Shown: positions 9,127-20,407 of the stretch, piece by piece
Layout: the number at the start of each line of letters is the position of its first letter
Position numbering within the stretch: the stretch's first letter is position 1
DNA from: Bdellovibrionota bacterium
GTDB taxonomy: Bacteria; Bdellovibrionota_C; UBA2361; OMII01
DNA: 64,000 nt
Reading direction: 5' to 3'
Assembly (NCBI GenBank): GCA_044360075.1
Contig: JBIKLA010000004.1
Span: forward strand, 51,034-115,033
Notes under the pieces: model-generated
What the model saw: only the letters and a program-made list of their open reading frames with translations
Told to the model about the DNA's origin: nothing
Database searches by the model: none
Translations under genes and position numbers: made by a program

Positions 9127-9900
9127 CTAAGTCCGGGCTTCTTGCCTGTTTTTATCAGCCTCTATGGTGACCCTCGCGGCGGCCCAAAGGTTCGGGTAGT
9201 GGGCATTGTCATGATAAAAGATCTGGCCAAACCGGCCCGTATCGGTTGCCTGAAAAACACCACCCTCAGCCCTCACCGTTTGCCCCCTGAAGAGGTCCTC
9301 GCCCGTCAGTAGGAAGAATGCCGCATGTGCGATCGCCACGTCCTCGGCTAGGGCCAGGTGCTTTCCTTGGGACTCTAGGACACGCTCTTGCTTCTCGCGG
9401 GTCTTGTTCAGTGTGTCCGGCGCGAGCGCCTCTATTGATATCGTTTGGGGGGTGCTGCGCTTCCGATCAACCCAGCGGTCCGTTATCCAGCGGTTCTCAT
9501 CGGGCGGAAAGTACTTCTTTCCGGTATGGCCCTGAATCAGGGCATCAACGTGAGCCATTACCTCGATGTGAGGCCTTCCTGCGGGCAGCACCAGCGATAC
9601 GCCCGAATCGCCAAACGCCTGCACGTTGTACTTGATGACGAAGTTGTCCAGGCGCGAGAGGCCCCGCCGAAGCTTATCGAGCTCGTCGGCCCGGACCTCA
9701 AGCGAGTCGCACCACGACTGCGCCACGCGTGCATCGCCCGCATGCATCGCCTCTTGAATCTTAGGCTCCGCAGCCTCGAGCTCTCGGCACACCAGCTGTC
9801 TCGCCAGCACGTAGCTAGAGATGATGTCCATCCTGTGTATCGGGTGCTGTATCGGGTCCACAAGTCTCTCTAGGGAATGCCCGTAATGGGGCTGTGGCAT
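9127..9900 (-). CDS. uncharacterised protein, paralog family P (copy 1)
   Basis: GVSLVLPAG...YFPPDE...DVAIAHAAFFLLTGEDLFRG...VRAEGGV. It sits tandem to copy 2 and is co-directional with the MotA/MotB-like pair. Confidence 0.6.
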   Translation of the reverse strand: MPQPHYGHSLERLVDPIQHPIHRMDIISSYVLARQLVCRELEAAEPKIQEAMHAGDARVAQSWCDSLEVRADELDKLRRGLSRLDNFVIKYNVQAFGDSGVSLVLPAGRPHIEVMAHVDALIQGHTGKKYFPPDENRWITDRWVDRKRSTPQTISIEALAPDTLNKTREKQERVLESQGKHLALAEDVAIAHAAFFLLTGEDLFRGQTVRAEGGVFQATDTGRFGQIFYHDNAHYPNLWAAARVTIEADKNRQEART

Positions 9901-10016
9901 AGAATATCCAGCCCACCGAGGCTACTCAACTTTCAGCCTAAAACCGACAGGCAACACCAATGTAAGGCCCTATCGTAGGGGCGACATCAGGGGGATAACG
10001 GGGGCGTAAGCCGGCG

Positions 10017-10433
10017 CTAGTTCTTTCCGGCCAGCGCCTTGAGAGCCTCGATACGGGAAACCCGTTGCGAGAGTACCTCGTGCTCTGGCTCGAAGATGCT
10101 TAAGCGCTCCAGCTGAGCCTTAAGGAGGGCAACGTCCTCTGAGAGCGGCTTGGGATCGAGCGACCCCGGCAGGTCAACCGTGTCCGCGAGCAGCGTAAGA
10201 ACGTTGTCGCTGAAGGTCACGATGCCGCCGGATGCAATGAACTTTTGCGGGGCGGAGTCGGTGGCACCGATGTACTCACCGATCCCCGTCGAGAGGAGGC
10301 CAACGTACTCGCAGTGGTTGGGAAGAAACCCGAGCTCGCCAGTCTCAGATGGCACGCTCGCAGAGCGCACCGCAGCCTCGACCTCGAGTCCCCGTCCAGA
10401 AAACACCTTCAGCTGAAACGTTCCGTCTGACAT
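10017..10433 (-). CDS. atpC: ATP synthase F1 epsilon subunit
   Basis: Size and position after atpD. N-terminal beta-sandwich-like sequence. Confidence 0.88.
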   Translation of the reverse strand: MSDGTFQLKVFSGRGLEVEAAVRSASVPSETGELGFLPNHCEYVGLLSTGIGEYIGATDSAPQKFIASGGIVTFSDNVLTLLADTVDLPGSLDPKPLSEDVALLKAQLERLSIFEPEHEVLSQRVSRIEALKALAGKN

Positions 10434-10456
10434 CCCCTACCCTCTCTCTTAGTGAG

Positions 10457-12806
<2,350 letters not shown>

Positions 12807-12820
12807 GAGGTTTCCCGTCC

Positions 12821-14419
12821 TTATGCTGCGTTAGCGTGAGCCTGGGTGCTCTTGGCCTTCGCCGACGGGGCATGCGCCCCATTCGATGAGGTGCCCGGCG
12901 AAGCGGCCGTTCCCGCGATGAATTGCTCGACGAACGCGCCGATCGCCTTGTTGAGGCGCTCGGTGATGTCCTTGTCGAGCTCATTCTTCGTGCGAAGGTC
13001 GTTCATGAGCGCAGCCTGGTTCGAGAGCATATGGCGGTGAAGCGTCTCCTCGAACTCGCGAACCTGCGCCACGTCGAGCTTGTCTGTGAACCCGTTTGCA
13101 ACCGCGAAGATAGAGAGCACCTGAAGCTCTACTGGCATCGGCACGTTCTGGCCTTGCTTGAGGATCTCAACGAGGCGCGCACCCTTTGCAAGCTGTGCGC
13201 GGGTCGCTGCGTCGAGGTCCGAGCCGAACTGCGCGAAGGCCTGCTTCTCACGGTACTGGGCGAGATCAAGACGGAGCGTTCCGGCGATCTTTTTCATCGC
13301 CTTAACCTGCGCAGCTCCTCCTACACGGGACACCGAGAGGCCCACGTTAACTGCCGGGCGGATACCCGAGTTAAAGAGGTCGGCCTCAAGGAAGATCTGA
13401 CCGTCAGTGATCGAGATTACGTTTGTCGGGATGTACGCCGATACGTCACCTTCGAGGGTCTCGATAACCGGAAGGGCCGTAAGCGACCCGGCTCCGAGCT
13501 TGTCGCTCAGCTTCGCTGCGCGCTCAAGGAGCCGGCTGTGGAGGTAGAACACGTCGCCCGGATACGCCTCGCGGCCCGGTGGGCGGCGAAGGAGGAGCGA
13601 CACGCTGCGGTACGCCACTGCGTGCTTCGAGAGATCGTCGTAGATCACGAGGGCGTGCTTACCCTTGTGCATGAAGTACTCGCCCATCGTGCAGCCCGTG
13701 TATGGCGCGTAGAACGACATTGGTGCGGGCTCGGAAGCCGTGGCGGCAACGACGATGGTGTGATCCATCGCGCCGTGCTCCTTGAGGCGCTCAACCACCT
13801 GAACAACCGAGGAGCGCTTCTGGCCGATTGCAACGTAGATGCAGATAACTCCCGTGCCCTTCTGGTTGATGATCGTGTCGATGGCAACCGTGGTCTTGCC
13901 GGTCTTCTTGTCGCCGATGATAAGCTCGCGCTGCCCGCGGCCCACTGGCGTCATCGAGTCGATGGCCTTGAGGCCGGTCTGCATGGGCTCGTGAACCGAC
14001 TTACGACCAACGATGCCCGGAGCCTTTATCTCAAGGCGGCGGGTTTCGGTGGTCTTGATGTCACCAAGACCGTCGATTGGGTTTCCAAGGGCGTCAACCA
14101 CGCGGCCGATGAGCGCATCGCCGACCGGCACGCTGGCGATCTCGGCGGTGCGCTTGACGGTGTCGCCTTCTTTAATCGTGGACGTCTCGCCCATGACCAC
14201 GATACCGACGTTATCCTCCTCGAGGTTGAACGCCATGCCCTTTGTGCCGTTGGCAAACTCAACGATCTCTCCGAGGGCTACGCGTCCGAGTCCGTAGGCA
14301 CGGGCGATTCCATCTCCTACGCTCAAGACTGATCCGACTTCGGCAAGGTCTTGGTCACCGGAGGTGGCGCCGATCTTGTCCTTGATGATCCTGCTAATCT
14401 CATCTGCACGTATGTCCAT
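12821..14419 (-). CDS. atpA: ATP synthase F1 alpha subunit
   Basis: GDKKTGKT Walker A and a conserved alpha sequence. Confidence 0.97.
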   Translation of the reverse strand: MDIRADEISRIIKDKIGATSGDQDLAEVGSVLSVGDGIARAYGLGRVALGEIVEFANGTKGMAFNLEEDNVGIVVMGETSTIKEGDTVKRTAEIASVPVGDALIGRVVDALGNPIDGLGDIKTTETRRLEIKAPGIVGRKSVHEPMQTGLKAIDSMTPVGRGQRELIIGDKKTGKTTVAIDTIINQKGTGVICIYVAIGQKRSSVVQVVERLKEHGAMDHTIVVAATASEPAPMSFYAPYTGCTMGEYFMHKGKHALVIYDDLSKHAVAYRSVSLLLRRPPGREAYPGDVFYLHSRLLERAAKLSDKLGAGSLTALPVIETLEGDVSAYIPTNVISITDGQIFLEADLFNSGIRPAVNVGLSVSRVGGAAQVKAMKKIAGTLRLDLAQYREKQAFAQFGSDLDAATRAQLAKGARLVEILKQGQNVPMPVELQVLSIFAVANGFTDKLDVAQVREFEETLHRHMLSNQAALMNDLRTKNELDKDITERLNKAIGAFVEQFIAGTAASPGTSSNGAHAPSAKAKSTQAHANAA

Positions 14420-14450
14420 ACTTACCTCGTGTCGTTTAAAACTTTTAAAG

Positions 14451-15002
14451 CTACCTGGTTAAATCAATCGCCATGCGCTGAAGCGTTCCGGCAACAGAGC
14501 GATCGAGAAGCCTGTCGCCAAGCCGAACGGTTAATCCACCTAGGAGAGCGGCGTCGCTCTTGACAGCCAACGTCACCTCGCCCCCGAGGGCCTTGGAAAG
14601 GCGCGCCCTCAGGTCCTGCACATCGTTGTCGTTTGCGGCCGTGGCCACGGTGACCTCAAGGCTCAGGCTCTTTCGGTATTCGCTCACAAAGTGCGAGAAC
14701 CTGTGGGCGAGCTCTGGGAAGAGCGCCGCCTTCCGAAGCGACACGAGGAGGTGCACCGTCCTCTTTGTGGGCTCCGTCGCCCAGCCGCCGAGTGCGGCAA
14801 CGACCGCATCGATCACCTGAAGGCGCAGCTGGTCGTTGACGCGCGGGTTGAGCATGCTTTCACGCAGGTCCTTGGACTCGGTCCAGGCCTTGGCGAGCGT
14901 TCTCAGCTGCGTGTCGGTCTTGTCGAAATCCGCCGGCGAGCAGACGCTAAAGAGGGCCTTTGCGTACCTCTTAGCAACCATGGTGTGGCGTCCTGAACTC
15001 AT
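14451..15002 (-). CDS. atpH: ATP synthase delta (OSCP) subunit
   Basis: Length, position and the [15 protein letters not shown]-like N-terminus. Confidence 0.85.
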   Translation of the reverse strand: MSSGRHTMVAKRYAKALFSVCSPADFDKTDTQLRTLAKAWTESKDLRESMLNPRVNDQLRLQVIDAVVAALGGWATEPTKRTVHLLVSLRKAALFPELAHRFSHFVSEYRKSLSLEVTVATAANDNDVQDLRARLSKALGGEVTLAVKSDAALLGGLTVRLGDRLLDRSVAGTLQRMAIDLTR

Positions 15003-15024
15003 CGTGCCTTCCTTTTGCCAAATC

Positions 15025-15726
15025 CTACTGAACGAGCCTCTTGGCGCGGTCTATTGCTGCGTCAACGTATGTTGCCTGTCGATTAGAATACTCGCCTGAA
15101 GCGAAGCGCTTCCGCGCGAGCTCTATAGCCTTCGCGACAAGCGAAGCCCGAACCTGCGACTCAGCCGAGCGTCCCTCACCAACGAGCAGGTCTTTAGCCT
15201 GCGCCTTGGTGCGCTCTGCGCGCTCGACGGCAGCAGCCTTGATGGCGAGAGCCTCAAGCTCAGCCTGCTCGATAATTTCGCGCTGGGCCCGCGCCTGCTC
15301 GCGCGGCAAGTTCTGCGTGAGGGCCTCCACGGTGTGCAGCTCTCGCTCGGCGGCCTCAAGCTCTTCCTTGCTGGCCAGCACCGTCTCGCGAATGTTTTGG
15401 CGACGGGCTGCCCACGCAGCCGGAATCACGTTGCGCAGCAGCACGTACAGGAGGGCGACGTAGATGATGAAGTTAACCCAGTTAGACGCGAGGTCTGCTA
15501 TCGAGCCGTGGTGCGCCCCTTCCGCCTCCTCGGCGTACGCCACAGCAGCGCCAAAGACAGAAACGACGAGGATCGCGCCGGCCCCCTGCCACAACGCGCG
15601 GCTAAGAGCTCTTCGCAGCGACTCTAGGGAGAATATCTGTGACTGGGTGTCCATCATGAAAAAATTGACCCTACTTGCCCCACCTTGAGGCGCAGGCAGA
15701 ATAGCCAGCATCACGATAGAAGTCAC
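15025..15726 (-). CDS. atpF: ATP synthase F0 subunit b (start may be internal, about 15657)
   Basis: N-terminal TM followed by a long Ala/Glu/Arg-rich helix. Operon position. Confidence 0.75.
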   Translation of the reverse strand: MTSIVMLAILPAPQGGASRVNFFMMDTQSQIFSLESLRRALSRALWQGAGAILVVSVFGAAVAYAEEAEGAHHGSIADLASNWVNFIIYVALLYVLLRNVIPAAWAARRQNIRETVLASKEELEAAERELHTVEALTQNLPREQARAQREIIEQAELEALAIKAAAVERAERTKAQAKDLLVGEGRSAESQVRASLVAKAIELARKRFASGEYSNRQATYVDAAIDRAKRLVQ

Positions 15727-15858
15727 CTCTTTAGGTCGTTTTTTTAGGCCCGAATTTTAGCCTTATTTGGGGCCAATTTGAGATCGCAGCGGGCTTTCGG
15801 TAAGCGGCCGCGAGCACGAATTCGAAAACGGATTTGTTCGGCGTGAACGCGAACGCTC

Positions 15859-16329
15859 TTAGTGCACGGTTAACTGCGCGTCGACCTTCGCGGCAAGCTT
15901 GTCAGCGAGCTCGCGCGCCTCGCTATCGATGCGGGACTGAGAGTCGCTAATCTGCTTTTCGATCGCAGCCCGACCGCTCTGAAGCTCAGCGGCGGCGCTT
16001 GCCTCGGCTGCCGCAATGGTTTCGCTAGCCGCCTTCCTTGCTGTCGTAAGTATCTCGTTTTTCTGGCGATTTGCCTCAACGCGCGCCTGAAAAAGCCCCT
16101 CGTCGTAGCGCGCACGCAGGGCCTGGCCCTTCTGCCGCATCTGGGCTGCTGCGTGCAGGGCTCCCGTCGTTACCCCTTCTCGGTGCTCAAGGTGCTCAAG
16201 GAGCGGGGAGAAGAGCTTCTTGGAGAGCGTAAAATAGAGCAAGTAAATGAACGCCGTCCCGACCAGGATCATGAGCCCGTCTTGGTTCGTGAGGTCTACG
16301 ATTTGGAGGATCGGGTTATTGTTTGACAT
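15859..16329 (-). CDS. atpF: ATP synthase F0 subunit b' (start set at MSNNNPIL; ORF extension upstream overlaps the next gene and is not credited)
   Basis: TM plus a long charged helix. It is the second b-type subunit ahead of atpF. Confidence 0.7.
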   Translation of the reverse strand: MSNNNPILQIVDLTNQDGLMILVGTAFIYLLYFTLSKKLFSPLLEHLEHREGVTTGALHAAAQMRQKGQALRARYDEGLFQARVEANRQKNEILTTARKAASETIAAAEASAAAELQSGRAAIEKQISDSQSRIDSEARELADKLAAKVDAQLTVH

Positions 16330-16384
16330 ACCATCGGCAGATTCGTCGATTTTTGCCAGAAAATCAAGCGCCTGCGGTGGGGCT

Positions 16385-17167
16385 TTAGGTGCCTGCCGGA
16401 GCCCTTGAGAAGAGGCTGGGAACGCCGGATATAGGCGAGCTTTCTGGGTCAGTGAAGGCTGGCTGCGGCGGCAGGACCCTGATGCCATGCACATAGTCAG
16501 CTTTAATCCTCCAGCCGCTCGTCGCGCAGGCGAGGGCGCTGCCGCCCATCAGGTCACGCCCGTCATTTGCACAGGTGTATGCCGCTAGCACGAGCGCCTG
16601 CTCAATAGCGGGAGCAGGCCGCATCCCCTTGTGGCTGAGGATCTCTTCCTGGGCCAGCCGAGACGCGCCGGTGGTGCCCCGTACCGCGATATCGATCTTA
16701 ATCTCGCGCGGCCGGGATTTCTCGCGCTCCCCTGCCCCACCGAACTTTGCGTACCACTCAAAATCCGGAGGAAATATTACGCCACGCGAGCTGAACCTGT
16801 GCGCAAAGTGCGCATTGAGCGCCCTCATCGCGTCGATGTCGCTGACCTCTGCCGGAATCGTAAGGTTCCACAATCGCGGCCTGAACAGCCCGGCGATGAA
16901 ACCCAGCGAATCCTGCCTGAGGGTCGAGAGTATGCGCTTGGCTGTGGCCAGTTGGCACTCGTCTGGCGGCAGGCTTCCAAGCAGCTCCTCATAGCCAGTC
17001 CCTTGCGTCTCAATCGAGCGATACCAACGCTCGGTGCCCACGAGCTCAACGGCGCGCGTGGCTGCTGCGAGCCGCTCCTGCGCAAGCTGAATCGCCTCCT
17101 GCAGCCGGGGGTCCTCGTCGGGCCGCTCGTGCGGCACGAGCGCCTCTTTTGGGGACAGATCCGTCAT
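16385..17167 (-). CDS. uncharacterised protein, paralog family P (copy 5, His of the AH motif replaced)
   Basis: LWNLTIPAEV...VIFPPDFEWY...ALVLAAYTCANDGRDLMGG aligns with P copies 1-4. Confidence 0.55.
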   Translation of the reverse strand: MTDLSPKEALVPHERPDEDPRLQEAIQLAQERLAAATRAVELVGTERWYRSIETQGTGYEELLGSLPPDECQLATAKRILSTLRQDSLGFIAGLFRPRLWNLTIPAEVSDIDAMRALNAHFAHRFSSRGVIFPPDFEWYAKFGGAGEREKSRPREIKIDIAVRGTTGASRLAQEEILSHKGMRPAPAIEQALVLAAYTCANDGRDLMGGSALACATSGWRIKADYVHGIRVLPPQPAFTDPESSPISGVPSLFSRAPAGT

Positions 17168-17276
17168 GAGGGATCGGTCGGCAGGAGCAGCCCCGGGCTT
17201 TATGATCTGGGGCGATTCTGGCCGGCTTTTGGGCAGAGTTAAGGCCGCGATTGCGCTCGAGAATACTTAAGCGCCC

Positions 17277-17760
17277 CTACCCCTGCCGCTTGAGCGCGCC
17301 AGCTGCATCGGCCCACCCCTCCGAAAGCTTCCACAGGCAGAAACTCAAGCCGCGGTGAAACTGAAGGAAATAGCTCGTCCCCGGGGCACGCACCGACTGC
17401 CCCTTCAGCACATCGGCCCCGTCGTGCGTGCATGCGGACGCCATGCACACCAGCGCCACTGCGGTCGTATCGGCCTGTCTCATGCCCCTCTGTGCCGCAG
17501 AAGCCAGCGCTGTACATCGTCCTGAACAAACATATTGGTCGCGTGCGGATGTCGCTCCCGAATTTTTGTGTCGAGCGCCACGAGTGCCTCAATATCCCCG
17601 ACACCTTCAGGGATCGTGAGGCGCCAGAACGGCTGCATGCGCAGGCGCGCGAAGAATCCGAGGCGCTCCTGCTCAAAGGAGCCCAAGATCTGGTCAGCGA
17701 TTATGAGATTGCGCTCCCCGCGCGGAAGCGCGCTGCGGCAGAGCCTCAAGAACGCTCTCC
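17277..17760 (-). pseudogene. frameshifted copy of paralog family P
   Basis: ORF 17480-17749 encodes LGFFARLRMQPFWRLTIPEGVGDIEAL (the middle region of the family). ORF 17277-17483, in another frame, encodes AVALVCMASACTHDGADVLKGQSVRAPG (the C-terminal core). Confidence 0.45.
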
Positions 17761-18042
17761 TCCCCCTCTAGACGGCGAATCCGGCGCTCGGCAGCCTCAA
17801 CATCGCCGCTGGCACACGCCGCCTGAAATCCGTCGTCAACCCGCACCAAGTCGTCGACCCGCACCAGGGGGTCTTGAAGCGATCGCTGGGCCTCGCTGGA
17901 CGCAGCACGTGCGGGAGAAGGTTCGGGCGAATCAAAGATCATAACAGCTTGCGGGCAGGTGTGCTGGATATGGGACGGCTGACCCATGCCTGTTGGCTGG
18001 GGTCGGCGCCGTTGCGACACCTCGCGATCCCTGCCTACGAGC

Positions 18043-18447
18043 CTACGCTGCGCGCGCGGCGTTTTCCGGCATCGTGCAGCGGCCAACGAACGATGCGCCA
18101 GGCTCGATGACGATGACTGGCGTCGAGATGTCCCCGCGCACCTGCGCCGAGCTCATGATTGAAAGCGACTTTGTCGCAGCTGAGTCGCCAACGACCGCTC
18201 CTTCAATCACGATCTCGGTCGCCGAAATACGGCCCTTAACGGTTCCACCGTTTGAGACCGTTACGCGCCCCTGGGAGGTGATTTCACCCTCTATAACGCC
18301 GGCCACCACGATGTCGCCTGTGGCGGCGACGTTTCCCGTGATGTGCGACTCGGTGCCAAGCACGGTTGTCCCTGCCCGCGGAGCCTCGTTGAGGGCGAAC
18401 TTGCCGGTCTTGCCGATCGAATCCGCCACGTTTGCTGCATTAGCCAT
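18043..18447 (-). CDS. bactofilin
   Basis: Repetitive beta-helical motif (GDIVVAGVIEGEITSQGRVTVSNGGTVKGRISATEIVIEGAVVGD) characteristic of the bactofilin DUF583 domain. Confidence 0.85.
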   Translation of the reverse strand: MANAANVADSIGKTGKFALNEAPRAGTTVLGTESHITGNVAATGDIVVAGVIEGEITSQGRVTVSNGGTVKGRISATEIVIEGAVVGDSAATKSLSIMSSAQVRGDISTPVIVIEPGASFVGRCTMPENAARAA

Positions 18448-18456
18448 ATCTCTCTC

Positions 18457-19413
18457 CTACTCCCGAGTTACACTCAAAATATCAACTAGGCGATCGAGCT
18501 CCGCATCTGAAAAGAAGTGAAGCTCAATCGATCCGCCGCGAGCACCGCGGTGTATCGAAACCTTCGTACCAAGCGAATTCCGAAGCCGCTCTTCAAGCTC
18601 AGGGTACTGTGGCGCGGTTTCGCGCCTGCCGCTCACGGGCGCCTTGCGCGGCGACTCAAGCACCACGTCGCGAGACACGATCGACTCTAGCGCGCGCACC
18701 GAGAGGCTCTCGGTGACGACCTTATTTGCAAGGCTGATCTGCGCCACCGGCTCCTTCACGGTCAGGATCGCCTTGGCATGCCCAACGGAGATGCGCCCCT
18801 CGCGCACCATCTCCTGCACAACCGGCGGCAGCCTCAGGATGCGCGCAAGGTTCGACACGGTCGCCCGGTCCTTTCCTACCCTATCAGCGACCTCTTGCGA
18901 TGTGAGCGCAAACTCATCCATGAGCCTCTGATATCCCTTTGCCTCTTCTATGGGGTTGAGATCTTGGCGCTGAACGTTCTCAACAATGGCAACCTCTAGG
19001 GTCTCCTTGTCACTCAATTCCCTAATAACAACAGGTACTTGCGCAAGTCCGGCGCGCAGCGCCGCCCTATAGCGGCGCTCACCTGCGATAATCTGGTACC
19101 CCTCCCCCTGCGAGCGCACAAGGATAGGCTGAAGAACGCCGAGTGCCTTAATTGACTCCGACAGCTCGCCGATCTCTGGATCAGAGAACTCAGTTCTGGG
19201 CTGATTGGGGTTCGGCATGAGCTGCGAAAGCGCCACGAAGGTTACCGAGGCACCCCTCGTCTCGACTAGAGAAACATCGTTTGAGTTTATGGGTTCCTGC
19301 TGAAGCCGCGTTTGAGGCGTTAATGGCACGACGGCCGCGGTTGATACCAGGGCGCTTAACCCCCTACCGAGACCCATCTTGGTCGGCTTCTTAAGTCCCT
19401 TGGCTCCTTCCAT
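18457..19413 (-). CDS. parB: chromosome partitioning protein ParB
   Basis: GERRYRAA ParB box and an HTH region. Adjacent to parA. Confidence 0.93.
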   Translation of the reverse strand: MEGAKGLKKPTKMGLGRGLSALVSTAAVVPLTPQTRLQQEPINSNDVSLVETRGASVTFVALSQLMPNPNQPRTEFSDPEIGELSESIKALGVLQPILVRSQGEGYQIIAGERRYRAALRAGLAQVPVVIRELSDKETLEVAIVENVQRQDLNPIEEAKGYQRLMDEFALTSQEVADRVGKDRATVSNLARILRLPPVVQEMVREGRISVGHAKAILTVKEPVAQISLANKVVTESLSVRALESIVSRDVVLESPRKAPVSGRRETAPQYPELEERLRNSLGTKVSIHRGARGGSIELHFFSDAELDRLVDILSVTRE

Positions 19414-19430
19414 CGAACTACCTCCAAAAG

Positions 19431-19446
19431 TGTTCCACGTGGAACA
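19431..19446. promoter_or_regulatory. parS-like palindrome TGTTCCACGTGGAACA (site 1, in parA-parB intergenic)
   Basis: Perfect 16-bp palindrome. It differs from the canonical parS TGTTTCACGTGAAACA at two symmetric positions. Confidence 0.7.
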
Positions 19447-19447
19447 G

Positions 19448-20242
19448 CTACGCCGCGCGCGCCGTTCCGCTCTTGTCTATACCCAACCTATCGATTAGCT
19501 CGCCAGCGAGCGCCAGGTAGCTCTTGGCTCCGGCGCTTTGCGGGTCGTATGTGCAAATAGGCATCCCATGACTGGGACACTCAGAGAGTCGGATATTTCT
19601 CGGGATCTTGGACTTGAATAGCCTTGCGGAGAAGTGCTTCTCGGCCTCCTCGTGAACCTGCACCGACAGCCGCGTGCGGCTGTCGTACATGGTGAGGAAA
19701 ACGCCAAGAAGCTCAAGCTTCGGATTAAAGGTCTGTTGCGTGAACGCAATGGTATTGAGAAGTCCGCTAAGCCCCTCAAGGGAGTAATACTCAGCCTGAA
19801 GCGGCACCAACACCGAATGGGCGGCCCCGAGGGCGTTGAGGGTGAGAAGGCCGGAGGAGGGCGGGCAATCGATGAGTACAAAATCATACCCCTCGGATAC
19901 CTCGCCTAAGGCGCTGCGAAGGATCAGTTCACGCCCAGGTGACTTTCCGATCTCAAGTTCCAGGCTGACGAGGTCTGCGGAGCCGGGAACAACATCGAGA
20001 CCCGGGATAGAGGAGGGCACTATGGTGCTTGCGAGCTGAATCCGTCCGAAGAAAACGTCGTAGAGGTCGGAACCCTCCGCGTGGCGCTCAATCCCCAGCC
20101 CGCTAGTCGCACTCGCCTGGGGGTCAAAATCTAGTAGAAGAACTTTAAATCCTAGAAGAGCGAGCTGCGCTGAGAGACTTACGGTGCTGGTTGTCTTTCC
20201 AACACCACCTTTTTGGTTCGCGAGGGCGATGATGTGCGCCAT
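19448..20242 (-). CDS. parA: chromosome partitioning ATPase ParA/Soj
   Basis: Deviant Walker A KGGVGKTT. ParA family. Confidence 0.93.
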   Translation of the reverse strand: MAHIIALANQKGGVGKTTSTVSLSAQLALLGFKVLLLDFDPQASATSGLGIERHAEGSDLYDVFFGRIQLASTIVPSSIPGLDVVPGSADLVSLELEIGKSPGRELILRSALGEVSEGYDFVLIDCPPSSGLLTLNALGAAHSVLVPLQAEYYSLEGLSGLLNTIAFTQQTFNPKLELLGVFLTMYDSRTRLSVQVHEEAEKHFSARLFKSKIPRNIRLSECPSHGMPICTYDPQSAGAKSYLALAGELIDRLGIDKSGTARAA

Positions 20243-20330
20243 AGATAGAACCCGTCACCTATCAAGCTTACGGAGGGGTAAGAGGTACCATGAGTCGGAA
20301 TCAACAACAATAAAAAAACGGCGGCGGATC

Positions 20331-20346
20331 TGTTCCACGTGGAACA
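20331..20346. promoter_or_regulatory. parS-like palindrome (site 2)
   Basis: Identical 16-mer TGTTCCACGTGGAACA upstream of parA. Confidence 0.7.
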
Positions 20347-20372
20347 TTTTTCAGGAGAGGGCGAGCTGAAGT

Positions 20373-20388
20373 GTTCCACGTGGAACAG
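20373..20388. promoter_or_regulatory. parS-like palindrome (site 3)
   Basis: Identical 16-mer, 26 bp from site 2. Confidence 0.7.
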
Positions 20389-20407
20389 CGGGCAGGGGTT
20401 TCAAAGG

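Noticed and set aside
12923-14332. 469-aa + strand ORF, and similar long ORFs at 10349-11107 and 10345-11049
   Set aside because: Antisense or overlapping shadows of atpA and atpD in high-GC DNA. The sense genes are unambiguous.
17993-18520. 175-aa + strand ORF
   Set aside because: Antisense to the bactofilin gene, which has a clear family signature.
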